DNA of 64,000 nucleotides from Gemmatimonadota bacterium (GTDB lineage Bacteria; Gemmatimonadota; Gemmatimonadetes; Gemmatimonadales; Gemmatimonadaceae): NCBI GenBank assembly GCA_025360995.1, contig JANYBD010000056.1, positions 2,996-66,995 of the forward strand. The letters run 5' to 3'. Below, one piece after another: positions 54,689 through 63,651 of the stretch. Position 1 is the first letter of the stretch, and each line of letters starts with the position of its first letter. The translations under genes were made by a program, and so were the position numbers. The notes below the pieces were generated by a model. It saw only the letters and a program-made list of their open reading frames with translations. It ran no database searches and was not told the DNA's origin.

Positions 54689-54711
54689 TGCTAAACATAT
54701 GTCTTTTAGCA
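54689..54711. promoter_or_regulatory. Palindrome TGCTAAA-N9-TTTAGCA in the parA-parB intergenic region
   Basis: Read directly. It shares the 10-mer CTAAACATAT (54691-54700) with 53026-53035. Confidence 0.35.
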
Positions 54712-54755
54712 TAACTCCTTTTATGGCAATGGATTATATAAAATGACAAGGTATT

Positions 54756-55673
54756 ATGTCAACTGACAAAACCAATAGGCTTGGCCGTGGGCTTGATGCG
54801 ATATTCTCAGCGCAGTCGGCGTCCAGAGCTCCGGACGCTCGTTCCGGGGCTGCCGACGGCCTTGGGTTACGTCAGATAGCCGTTGCACTGATTCGTCCGA
54901 ATCCTCTGCAGCCCCGGAAAGAGTTCGATCCCGCTGAACTTACTGAACTCGAGTCCAGTATTCGCGCGAACGGACTACTGCAGCCCATTGCCGTCCGGGT
55001 TGCTGGCGGTGCATTTGAATTGATCGCCGGCGAGCGGCGCTTTCGAGCTGTGCAACGCCTTGGGTGGAATGAGATCCCCGCCATCGTGCGCGACATTGAC
55101 GACCGTACGCTTCTCACACTTGCGTTGGTTGAAAATCTGCAGCGGGCAGATTTAAACCCCATGGAAGAAGCGGAAGGATATCAGCAATTGCTCAGCCAAT
55201 TCTCGCTAACGCAACAACAGGTTGCCGATGTTGTTGGGAAGGATCGTTCGACCGTCGCTAACACACTGCGCCTGCTCGCGTTGCCAACGGCTATTCGTGG
55301 AATGGTGCGCGAAGGCGCGTTGACAATTGGTCATGCGCGCGCACTTCTCGCACTTGGCGATGATCAGCGCATGCTCGCACTAGCACGAGATATTGTCACT
55401 GAAGGGCTGAGTGTTCGCGCTGTCGAGCAACGCGTCCGCGAGTCCGGAAAGAATACGAGAACCGCCCGCACGGCCGCAAAACCCGTAGCCACTGTTCGCG
55501 GTCATGCCGAAATCAGTCGGATAGAAGAAGAGCTCCGCCGCCGGCTGCAGACAGATGTGAAAGTACATCTATCATCACCAGACAAGGGTGAAGTTCGAAT
55601 CTCCTTTTATTCCGTCGATGATCTCGAGCGTGTCCTCGATATCGTACTCGGCGCCGCGCGCCACTCCCTATGA
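54756..55673 (+). CDS. parB: Chromosome partitioning protein ParB/Spo0J
   Basis: Contains LQPR, the GERRFRA box and an HTH (QQQVADVVGKDRSTVANTLRLL). Confidence 0.95.
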   Translation: MSTDKTNRLGRGLDAIFSAQSASRAPDARSGAADGLGLRQIAVALIRPNPLQPRKEFDPAELTELESSIRANGLLQPIAVRVAGGAFELIAGERRFRAVQRLGWNEIPAIVRDIDDRTLLTLALVENLQRADLNPMEEAEGYQQLLSQFSLTQQQVADVVGKDRSTVANTLRLLALPTAIRGMVREGALTIGHARALLALGDDQRMLALARDIVTEGLSVRAVEQRVRESGKNTRTARTAAKPVATVRGHAEISRIEEELRRRLQTDVKVHLSSPDKGEVRISFYSVDDLERVLDIVLGAARHSL

Positions 55674-56074
55674 GCGTGCAAGGAAACCGAACATCACGCC
55701 AATCTCGGACCCATGGTCACGGAAACGTGTTCTCTCGCGACTCTGGGTCAATGCTCATCCATATGCAACGGGAGAGCGGTCTGGCACACCAGACCCTCAC
55801 GCTACGGCCGTGGCAGGTCCAGGTGCTACGAATCGTCACGTCTCGTTGGTTTTTTCTCGTGCTTTCGATCGTCGCATTGAGCTGGTTGTATTTGGCTATG
55901 CAGACAGCACGCGTTCCCTTGCTCACCACGCGTATCTCCCACCTCGAACAAGACGCACGCAGGTTAGACACCTTACAGGTTCGGCTCACGCAACTGCAGG
56001 CGCGATATGATCAGGTCCAAAAAATGTTGAGCACTCCGGGTGCCGCTGCGACATCCGTCCCTACAACACCGTAG
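55670..56074 (+). CDS. Hypothetical single-pass membrane protein with coiled-coil segment
   Basis: Its ATG overlaps the parB stop (ATGA). It has a TM segment (WFFLVLSIVALSWLYLAM) followed by heptad-like LEQDARRLDTLQVRLTQLQARYDQVQ. Confidence 0.5.
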   Translation: MSVQGNRTSRQSRTHGHGNVFSRDSGSMLIHMQRESGLAHQTLTLRPWQVQVLRIVTSRWFFLVLSIVALSWLYLAMQTARVPLLTTRISHLEQDARRLDTLQVRLTQLQARYDQVQKMLSTPGAAATSVPTTP

Positions 56075-56098
56075 CACTTTCGCGGAGGAACCGTGGCA

Positions 56099-56533
56099 AT
56101 GTTTGGAAAAGATGGAACACCGCGTTCAGAAATCAGAACCAGCAATTCCGGCGAAGCAACGCTGTCGATCATCGCCAGCGGAATGCGGATCGTTGGCGAT
56201 ATTGAAAGCGCCGGCGTCATTAAGGTTGACGGTCACATTGATGGCTCTGTGAATGGTGCCCGACAGGTATTGCTTGCACGTGGAGCCGCGATTCACGGCA
56301 ATATCACCGCCGATGAGATCGTAATTGGTGGGTTCGTTTCCGGAGCCGTCATTGCCGCACAGAGACTCGAACTTCAAGAGACCGCGGTTGTAAATGGCGA
56401 CATTGATACGACTTCGATTGTCGTGCTCGAAGGGGCAAAGATCAATGGATCGGTTCGAATGCGCGGCGTCAATAGCGATGGAGTAGACATTAAGAATTCA
56501 ACAGAGCCCCTCCACATAGGCAACGCGCCTTAG
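56099..56533 (+). CDS. Bactofilin (polymer-forming cytoskeletal protein, DUF583)
   Basis: Repetitive beta-helix pattern (I.G.I....I.V.G.I.G.V). ATG 56099 lies 8 nt after GGAGGAA (the ORF-track GTG is at 56093). Confidence 0.85.
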   Translation: MFGKDGTPRSEIRTSNSGEATLSIIASGMRIVGDIESAGVIKVDGHIDGSVNGARQVLLARGAAIHGNITADEIVIGGFVSGAVIAAQRLELQETAVVNGDIDTTSIVVLEGAKINGSVRMRGVNSDGVDIKNSTEPLHIGNAP

Positions 56534-56655
56534 ACAACACCGTATCATAGCGACATCTGTTTTCGATATTTGCACAATCTCATTGTATGGTAAACTAGTG
56601 TTTATTATTTCGTTACAAACGATTGTACAGTAAGCACATAAATAGATAATATTTT

Positions 56656-57639
56656 ATGAAATTTACGAAAAATATCGTTTTTATCAACATTGCCATAGTC
56701 AACCTCGTTGCGTGCGTTGCCCCTAAAAACGAGGCAAGCACCAACTTCAAGGTGGCGCTCCTAACCCCTGGACCTATATCCGATCAATCCTGGAACGGAG
56801 GGGCCTATGCCGGCCTCATGCGTATCAAGGACAGTCTCGGGGCCGAGGTCAGTCATATTCAAACAAAAACACCGGCGGAATTCGAGCAAAACTTCCGCCA
56901 ATATGGGGCAAACGGATACACGCTCGTATTCGGGCACGGATTTGAATTCCAAGACGCAGCGTCCCGCGTGGCACCAGAATTTCCAAAAACCATCTACATC
57001 ACAACCGGCGGAACTGCCACCGGCGTCAATCAGGCCGCCATGGGATTCTCATTCGGGCAGCCGTCTTTTCTGGCGGGATTCGTTGCTGGCTCCGTGACAA
57101 AATCCGGCATCGTCGGATGTATCGGCGGCACCGAACTTCCGCCCGTGAAGGCAAGCTTCGCCGCATTCACCGCCGGCGTGCACACGGCCAACCCCAAGGC
57201 AACAATTCTAGTTTCCTATATTGGGAACTGGGACGACGCGAGCGCAGGCAAAGAACAGGCCCTCGCGCAAATCGGGCAGGGCGCTGACGTAATCTTTCAG
57301 AACGCCGACGCCGCTGGCCTAGGAGTTTTTCAGGCAGCAAAGCAAACGCACGACGTATTCATCATCGGCTCCAATGCCGACCAGAACAACATTGCCCCTT
57401 CTGTCACCTTGGGAAGTGTGCTCATTGATCTCCCGCGCGCATTTATGCTGGTGGCTCGCGAGGTAAAAAGCGGCACATTCAAAGGTCGGATGATTCAACT
57501 CGATACCAAGACCGATGTTGTGCGGTGGGTACCGAATCCATCGCTCCCTAGCGCGATTCCTGTCAACGTCACACAACGCGTGGATTCCATTCGTGCCACG
57601 ATGCTCGCCGAGCAGTTCGTGATGCCGCCGCTCTCATGA
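56656..57639 (+). CDS. BMP-family (PnrA-like) ABC transporter substrate-binding lipoprotein
   Basis: Lipobox LVAC and a BMP family pattern (PGPISDQSWNGGAY, GHGFEF, GGTELPPV). Confidence 0.85.
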   Translation: MKFTKNIVFINIAIVNLVACVAPKNEASTNFKVALLTPGPISDQSWNGGAYAGLMRIKDSLGAEVSHIQTKTPAEFEQNFRQYGANGYTLVFGHGFEFQDAASRVAPEFPKTIYITTGGTATGVNQAAMGFSFGQPSFLAGFVAGSVTKSGIVGCIGGTELPPVKASFAAFTAGVHTANPKATILVSYIGNWDDASAGKEQALAQIGQGADVIFQNADAAGLGVFQAAKQTHDVFIIGSNADQNNIAPSVTLGSVLIDLPRAFMLVAREVKSGTFKGRMIQLDTKTDVVRWVPNPSLPSAIPVNVTQRVDSIRATMLAEQFVMPPLS

Positions 57640-58415
57640 ACAGTGTTGCGCTGCACACCATCGCCGGAGAGCTTGATACGCTACTCCGCACAGCCGAGAC
57701 AGCTGACTATCCGCCAGCCCTGAACGGTGTGCAGGTTGAGCACCGCGGACCCGTCACACGCATCGCTGCAGCGGTGGACTGCTCAGAGCGCACTATTCGG
57801 GGGGCTGCGGAGTGCGGCGCCAATCTCCTGATCGTCCATCACGGACTTTTTTGGGGCGGACTGCGCCCCCTGACTGGTCCGCTATACACGCGCATTCGAC
57901 TGCTGATGGATTACGACATCGCATTGTACTCTTCGCACTTGCCGCTCGACGCACACGACCGTTTCGGAAACTCTCTGTTGTTGGCGCGTGAACTCGGGCT
58001 TGCGGCGTCCGGCACATTTGCCAGGTACGAAAACATTCAGTGTGGTGTGCGGGGCGAGGCCGACATTCCGACGGAACGTCTCCTTGCACAACTGGACGCC
58101 TTCTCCGCTGGCCACAGTGGTCGCGCCATCGCCAGCGCTTTTAGTGCAGGACGGCGAACGCATCGTTGGGCTATTTGTTCGGGCGCCGGTGTTAATCCCG
58201 AAACCTTGCACGAGGCGGAGTCCCTTGGAATCGACACACTGATTACGGGCGAAGGCCCGCATTGGAGCGCCGTTGACGCCGTCGAGCGCGGTCTCGTCAT
58301 CATGTACGGCGGACACTATGCGACCGAAACTCTGGGCGTCCAAACACTCGCAGCTCACATCGCTGAACGCGTTGGGCTCCCCTGGCAATTCGTGGCGGCG
58401 CCGACAGGGCTGTGA
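57636..58415 (+). CDS. Nif3-family dinuclear metal centre protein (YbgI-like)
   Basis: Contains NLLIVHHGLFW, SHLPLDAH and GGHYATE motifs. Confidence 0.85.
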   Translation: MNSVALHTIAGELDTLLRTAETADYPPALNGVQVEHRGPVTRIAAAVDCSERTIRGAAECGANLLIVHHGLFWGGLRPLTGPLYTRIRLLMDYDIALYSSHLPLDAHDRFGNSLLLARELGLAASGTFARYENIQCGVRGEADIPTERLLAQLDAFSAGHSGRAIASAFSAGRRTHRWAICSGAGVNPETLHEAESLGIDTLITGEGPHWSAVDAVERGLVIMYGGHYATETLGVQTLAAHIAERVGLPWQFVAAPTGL

Positions 58416-59851
58416 CCGGACTGCACCTCTCCCTTGACGCCATCACGAAACGGTTCGGGGCAACGCTCGCCCTCGACAACGCGAGCATCACAGTGCGCGG
58501 TGGCACGCTCCATGCACTCCTCGGCGAAAATGGTGCCGGCAAAACAACGCTGATGCGGCTCGCTTTTGGAATGACACAGCCGGATTCCGGTGTTATTGCG
58601 CTCAACGGTACGCCGTGCCATTGGCGCTCCAGTGCGGGCGCTATCGCGGCTGGCATCGGCATGGTGCATCAACATTTTCTCCTCGTGCCGGCAATGACCG
58701 TCGCCGAAAATATCGCGCTTGGTGATCGCGGCGTGTTCACCGGCTTTTCTCCGCGCGACGCCGCAGATCGCGTGCGACGGATCGGCGCCGAAACAGGCCT
58801 GATCCTCGACCCGGACTCCCGCGTCGGTGATCTGCCTGTGAGTGCACAACAACGTCTCGAAATTGTGAAGGCCTTGGCGCGAAACGCGAAGTTTTTGATC
58901 CTCGACGAACCGACAGCGGTACTCACTCCACGCGAGGCACAGGAACTGTATGAGTGGCTTCGGGGATTCGTGATCCGTGGCGGAACGGTCGTGCTCATTA
59001 CGCACAAATTACGCGAAGCGCTAAGCATCGCCGATGACGTGACGGTCTTGCGCCGTGGGCGGTGCGTGTTGAGCGCACCCGCTGCCGAACTAAACGAAAC
59101 GACGATTGTTCAGGCCATGCTTGGCGGGCGTATTGACCCATCACCCGTGCCAGAGAAGGGCACGGTGGGACCTGTTGTTCTTCGAATCATGGACGTGGCT
59201 GTTGATGATGACCAAGGCGTTCGCCGCTTAACGGAGGCGACGCTCGATATTTCAGCCGGTGAAATTGTTGGCGTTGCTGGCGTGGAGGGTTCCGGCCAGC
59301 GGGAGTTGTTACGCGTATTGGCAGGTCGAGTGCAACCGACGACCGGCCAAGTCAGAATTCCCGAGCGCGTTGGTTTCGTTCCAGAAGATCGCCATCGCGA
59401 CGCGCTCATTCCCGAGATGACACTGGTCGAGAACGTTGCACTACAAGATGCAAGCCTCCGGACAGGAAGGATGCAGTGGGCCTCCATCGCGTCCCAAACT
59501 GCCGCACTCGTCCACGCACACGATGTGAGGACCGCGGACATCACAGTGCCGGTCGCATCGCTGTCTGGAGGCAATCAGCAGAAGTTCGTTCTGGCTCGTG
59601 AGTTGGCTGGCGCGCCGCCGGCACTCATCGCCGAGAACCCGACTAGGGGTCTTGATGTTCGCGCCACCGCACAGGTGCTTTTGCAATTGCGACAGGCTCG
59701 GGCCCAGGGCGTCGCCATCGTTGTTTACTCCAGCGATCTCGATGAGATTCTCGCGCTAGCCGACAGAATAGTTGTCTGCTTCAATGGTCGGGTGATCTCA
59801 ACGCAAGCGGATGGTGACGCCATCGCGCGCGCGATGATTGGGGTGTCGTGA
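58412..59851 (+). CDS. ABC transporter ATP-binding protein, duplicated ATPase (sugar/nucleoside type)
   Basis: Walker A GENGAGKTT, an LSGGNQQK signature in the second half, and two NBDs. Confidence 0.9.
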   Translation: MTGLHLSLDAITKRFGATLALDNASITVRGGTLHALLGENGAGKTTLMRLAFGMTQPDSGVIALNGTPCHWRSSAGAIAAGIGMVHQHFLLVPAMTVAENIALGDRGVFTGFSPRDAADRVRRIGAETGLILDPDSRVGDLPVSAQQRLEIVKALARNAKFLILDEPTAVLTPREAQELYEWLRGFVIRGGTVVLITHKLREALSIADDVTVLRRGRCVLSAPAAELNETTIVQAMLGGRIDPSPVPEKGTVGPVVLRIMDVAVDDDQGVRRLTEATLDISAGEIVGVAGVEGSGQRELLRVLAGRVQPTTGQVRIPERVGFVPEDRHRDALIPEMTLVENVALQDASLRTGRMQWASIASQTAALVHAHDVRTADITVPVASLSGGNQQKFVLARELAGAPPALIAENPTRGLDVRATAQVLLQLRQARAQGVAIVVYSSDLDEILALADRIVVCFNGRVISTQADGDAIARAMIGVS

Positions 59852-60906
59852 CGACACCGCGTTGGCTTACTCGCGTTGGCGTACCTGCAGCGGTAACCGT
59901 GGTCGTTATCACCACCCTGTTACTCGTGGTGTTGCTTGGCGGATTCGATCTCTCTCGAGCGCTCAGGGCGCTGTGGAGCGGATCCATCGGAAGTTCCTAC
60001 GCGTTTTTTTCGGAGACGCTGGTGCGCGCATCTCCGCTCATTCTTCTTGGCCTTTCCGTCGCTCTCGCGTTTCGCGCGGGCATTTTCAATATCGGCGCCG
60101 AAGGACAACTGCTTGCTGGTGCGACAGCGGCCGTGGCCGTTGGGCTAGGCTTCTCACAACTCCCCAGTGCTTTATTGGTACCCGCGGAGTTGCTTGCTGC
60201 AGGAATCGGCGGGGCATTTTTCGCGTTTATTGCTGCAGTATTGAAACGGCGCTTCGGTGTGCTTGAGGTAATCAGTACCTTGATGTTGAATTTTGTTGCC
60301 CGGTACGCCGTGAGCTACCTGGTACGTGGGCCATTGCAGGAACCAAGCCATGCGTACCCGCAGAGCGGCGCACTACCGCCGGCGGCCAGATTGCCAACAA
60401 TTATTTCAGGACAACAGACACATCTCGGACTGCTGATTGCGCTGATTTTTGCGGGTGCACTCTGGTGGTACCTTCGTTCGACCGCCGTGGGCTTTCGTGT
60501 TCGCGTTATCGGAGCGGGCCCGATCGCGGCAGCAAGTAGTGGTAGAATTGATGTCCCACAGGTGATATTCGGGGTGTTTCTGGTCAGCGGCGCCATCGCC
60601 GGTTTGGCTGGAGGCATCCAAGCCACCGGAGTAACGTACGCTCTCTATGAAGATATTTCTCCAGGCCTCGGATACAGCGCAATTGCGGTTGCGTTACTCG
60701 CAAGACTGCATCCGCTCGCTGTTGTGATTGCCGCTCTGTTCTTCGGTGCGCTCGAAGCAGGGGCCGCCGCCATGCAGCGGGATGCTAGCGTGCCCGCCGT
60801 GTTTGTCGCGGTCGTCGAAGCGCTGGTGATTCTCGGTGTACTCGCCATCGGTCGTGTCCGCACGCAGATCGCAGTAGGTCGCCTGACGGCGGAGCCAGCC
60901 GAGTGA
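59848..60906 (+). CDS. ABC transporter permease
   Basis: Polytopic, with NIGAEGQ typical of BMP-type permeases. Confidence 0.85.
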   Translation: MTTPRWLTRVGVPAAVTVVVITTLLLVVLLGGFDLSRALRALWSGSIGSSYAFFSETLVRASPLILLGLSVALAFRAGIFNIGAEGQLLAGATAAVAVGLGFSQLPSALLVPAELLAAGIGGAFFAFIAAVLKRRFGVLEVISTLMLNFVARYAVSYLVRGPLQEPSHAYPQSGALPPAARLPTIISGQQTHLGLLIALIFAGALWWYLRSTAVGFRVRVIGAGPIAAASSGRIDVPQVIFGVFLVSGAIAGLAGGIQATGVTYALYEDISPGLGYSAIAVALLARLHPLAVVIAALFFGALEAGAAAMQRDASVPAVFVAVVEALVILGVLAIGRVRTQIAVGRLTAEPAE

Positions 60907-61826
60907 GCAACAACGCAATCGGGTTGTTTCTCGAAGCCACGGTGCGCACGGCAACACCACTTGCCTATGCCGCGCTTGGTGAGCTGGTCGTGGAACGAAG
61001 CGGAGTTCTGAACATCGGTCTAGAAGGAATAATCATCGCTGGCGCATTTGGCGCTCTGGTCGGTGCTGGCGCGGGTGGAGCCACTGCGGGATTCGTCGCG
61101 GCCGTGTGCGCCGGAATGATTATTGCCTCAATATTCGCATTTTTCGTCGTAACCCTGAAGTCCGATCAAATTATTTCAGGCACGGCTATAAGTATGTTCG
61201 GGCTTGGGGTGACGGGCGTCCTGTACAAGATCCTCTACGGAACTACGGGCGCAGCGCTCCACACGCCGACGGTTGGGCCATTGGTTATTCCGTTTCTCGG
61301 CGATCTCCCGTGGGTCGGTGGTGCCCTGTTCGCACAACCTGTTGTGACCTACGCATTGTATCCGTTGGTTGTCGCCGTTTGGTGTTTTCTTAATCGATCA
61401 GCGGCTGGCCTTGCACTGCGCGCAGTCGGAGAGCGGCCCGAAGCGGCCCGAGCGGCGGGGATTTCGCCGTCACGCGTTCAATGGATATCCATTTTGTTTG
61501 GCGGAGCCATGGGTGGCCTTTGTGGTGGTACGCTCGTTATCGCTCAGGCTGGAACGTTTGCCGAAGGAATTTCAGCAGGGCGGGGCGTGATCGCGATCGC
61601 CATTGTCGTACTGGGGCGCTGGACAGCTGTTGGTGTCGCCGGCGCCGCACTTCTGTTTGGTGCAGCAAGTGCGTTACAGTATCTCGCGCAAGCGAAGGGT
61701 TGGCCACTGCCGTACCAATTCTCTCTGGCGTTGCCCTATGTGCTCACGCTTGTGGCTTTAGCCGGATTGCGCGGCCGCGTCGCAGCTCCGGCAGCGCTGG
61801 CACGATCTGATGCGGAAAGTATCTAG
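60903..61826 (+). CDS. ABC transporter permease
   Basis: Polytopic, with NIGLEGI. Overlaps the preceding gene by 4 nt. Confidence 0.85.
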   Translation: MSNNAIGLFLEATVRTATPLAYAALGELVVERSGVLNIGLEGIIIAGAFGALVGAGAGGATAGFVAAVCAGMIIASIFAFFVVTLKSDQIISGTAISMFGLGVTGVLYKILYGTTGAALHTPTVGPLVIPFLGDLPWVGGALFAQPVVTYALYPLVVAVWCFLNRSAAGLALRAVGERPEAARAAGISPSRVQWISILFGGAMGGLCGGTLVIAQAGTFAEGISAGRGVIAIAIVVLGRWTAVGVAGAALLFGAASALQYLAQAKGWPLPYQFSLALPYVLTLVALAGLRGRVAAPAALARSDAESI

Positions 61827-62731
61827 CGCACACATGTCAGCGCATCGCTGGACCAGCGTCGACGCCACGCACCAGATGCCGTGCGCTCTATGAGATCGAG
61901 TTGCGCGACCCGATCTCCTTCACGGACAAACGCCAGCATCGGCTGCGCGCCGTGGAGGAGCACCGCAGCTAAGAGATCCGTGCCTTCGACCCGGTCTTCC
62001 GGCCCCGCATCCTGATGTACGTAGTCCATTTTCCACGCGCCGACACTGCTTGGATCGGGCTCGGCAATAATCGTCACAACCTGTGCTCGTGGATTTGATT
62101 CGACGTTGATCGACCGCATGGCAATGGCCACGACCAAACGTGTTTTATCCTGCAACACCACTCGCCACACGTCACGCACCACAACAGGAAGCCCGCGAAA
62201 TGGTAATGAGGCCGAGTCATCGGGGAGGGCACTCACCAGTTTGCTCACCAGAATAGCTTCGGCCGCGGAATCTTTTCGCGAGATATCACCACCGCCGTCG
62301 ATCGCCAACGGAACAGCGACACCTGGTGAGAGGGCAAAAGACCACATTGGAAGCGATTGCCCTGTCAGCGAAAGTAGTTGGCCAGACCGGAGTCGGGGGC
62401 AAGAATACGGGGACGCTTGCGGGTGAAACATCGCGCGTGTTGTTCGCGCTTCGTGCGTGAACAGCTCCACTTCGATACTAGTGTCGAGTAGTGTATCGCG
62501 TACAAACAGCATCGGTGCGCCAGTTTCTGTTGATGGCATTGCCACCACGGCGCCAAGTGCATCATCCCACTGCCGTCCATCAGACACCGGCGCGACCGAC
62601 GTCGTGCCAGCTCCTCCAGTGGTGCCGGCCGTGGCCACACCGCCTTGGGCACTGTCCGAACGACTAGCGCGCTCGCACGCGCTTAACAACAACACGAGTA
62701 CGAAAGGAAAGACGGTCAGCTTTGTTGTCAT
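61823..62731 (-). CDS. Hypothetical lipoprotein
   Basis: The start MTTKLTVFPFVLVLLLSAC gives a lipobox. Its ATG overlaps the stop of the upstream DUF4031-like gene (ATGA at 62728-62731). The ORF track extends to 62914. Confidence 0.5.
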   Translation of the reverse strand: MTTKLTVFPFVLVLLLSACERASRSDSAQGGVATAGTTGGAGTTSVAPVSDGRQWDDALGAVVAMPSTETGAPMLFVRDTLLDTSIEVELFTHEARTTRAMFHPQASPYSCPRLRSGQLLSLTGQSLPMWSFALSPGVAVPLAIDGGGDISRKDSAAEAILVSKLVSALPDDSASLPFRGLPVVVRDVWRVVLQDKTRLVVAIAMRSINVESNPRAQVVTIIAEPDPSSVGAWKMDYVHQDAGPEDRVEGTDLLAAVLLHGAQPMLAFVREGDRVAQLDLIERTASGAWRRRWSSDALTCVR

Positions 62732-62967
62732 CCGCACGGAGGAAGCCATGGTCCGACGAGATCCCAATGCCATGCATCGCGACGATGTCCGGTCGCCGGA
62801 TCCCGGAGGGCTTTGTATTGCAAACGTTCGGGATTCAACCCAACGGCGCGACCGTATGCAACGAGCGCCTGCTGATTGTTGGACACCAGATGAGCCATCG
62901 CTCGTCCCTTCCATGTATGCCGGTGTAACCAGAGTCCACCAGACATAGCATAGCGCATTCCGGCCAA
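62728..62967 (-). CDS. DUF4031-like small protein
   Basis: Pattern W.GR.MAHLVS......L.A....VGL......Y........HWDL resembles DUF4031, from memory. Confidence 0.5.
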   Translation of the reverse strand: MAGMRYAMSGGLWLHRHTWKGRAMAHLVSNNQQALVAYGRAVGLNPERLQYKALRDPATGHRRDAWHWDLVGPWLPPCG

Positions 62968-63020
62968 GCGGAATTGGAATTCACGCCACTCTGGCGTGGT
63001 GATGTCCCGGGATAATGCGC

Positions 63021-63404
63021 CTACTGACAGCCGATCAGGCCTTCAACCGTGGCAGGCGGCACCGGCGCGACGTTGCCAAAATAGATGGCACACATGAGCG
63101 GAAAGGATGCCGGATGGGTGGCGACCGCGCCCCATCCCGAAGCCGTGGCCGTCGTCACCGTCAGTACAACACCGGGCGAAGTGGCGTAACTCAGAGTGGA
63201 CAGCACCGAAGTGTACACTTCGTTGTCGTAGTAATACGCCTCTTGGGCGGTCGCAAGATTTCGCAGATCGGACTTCAGCGCTGCGGCGTTGGCCTTGCCT
63301 TTGGTGTTCTGAAATTTCGGGATCGCAATCGCCGCGAGAATGCCGATGATTACAACCACAATCAGAAGTTCGATCAATGTGAAGCCGCGTTTTGTGGCTG
63401 ACAT
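63021..63404 (-). CDS. pilA: Type IV pilin (prepilin-type N-terminal cleavage/methylation domain)
   Basis: KRGFTLIELLIVVVIIGILAAIAIPKF, with a C-terminal Cys pair. Confidence 0.85.
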   Translation of the reverse strand: MSATKRGFTLIELLIVVVIIGILAAIAIPKFQNTKGKANAAALKSDLRNLATAQEAYYYDNEVYTSVLSTLSYATSPGVVLTVTTATASGWGAVATHPASFPLMCAIYFGNVAPVPPATVEGLIGCQ

Positions 63405-63651
63405 TTCACTTCCAGGAAACAGGTCATTGCTTAGCCCGATGTGACAGGCATCACAAGCAGATCGATATCATTTTTGCGACGCGTTCGCAACCGTGAGTAT
63501 CCCAGAAGCAAACACGGGGCCGTGTCCGGCTAATAGCTGTAAAGATATACGTTACAACGGCTTGCGGGGCAAGGTATGACGTGGCTTGCCTCGCCTGTAT
63601 ATTCGTTTCGCGATGATTGTCGCAGAGTGCAACACGAATTGGCACATAGGT

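Noticed and set aside
63015-63401. 128-aa plus-strand ORF.
   Set aside because: It is fully antisense to the pilin gene, which has a canonical prepilin N-terminus. The product is Arg/Gly-rich artefact sequence.
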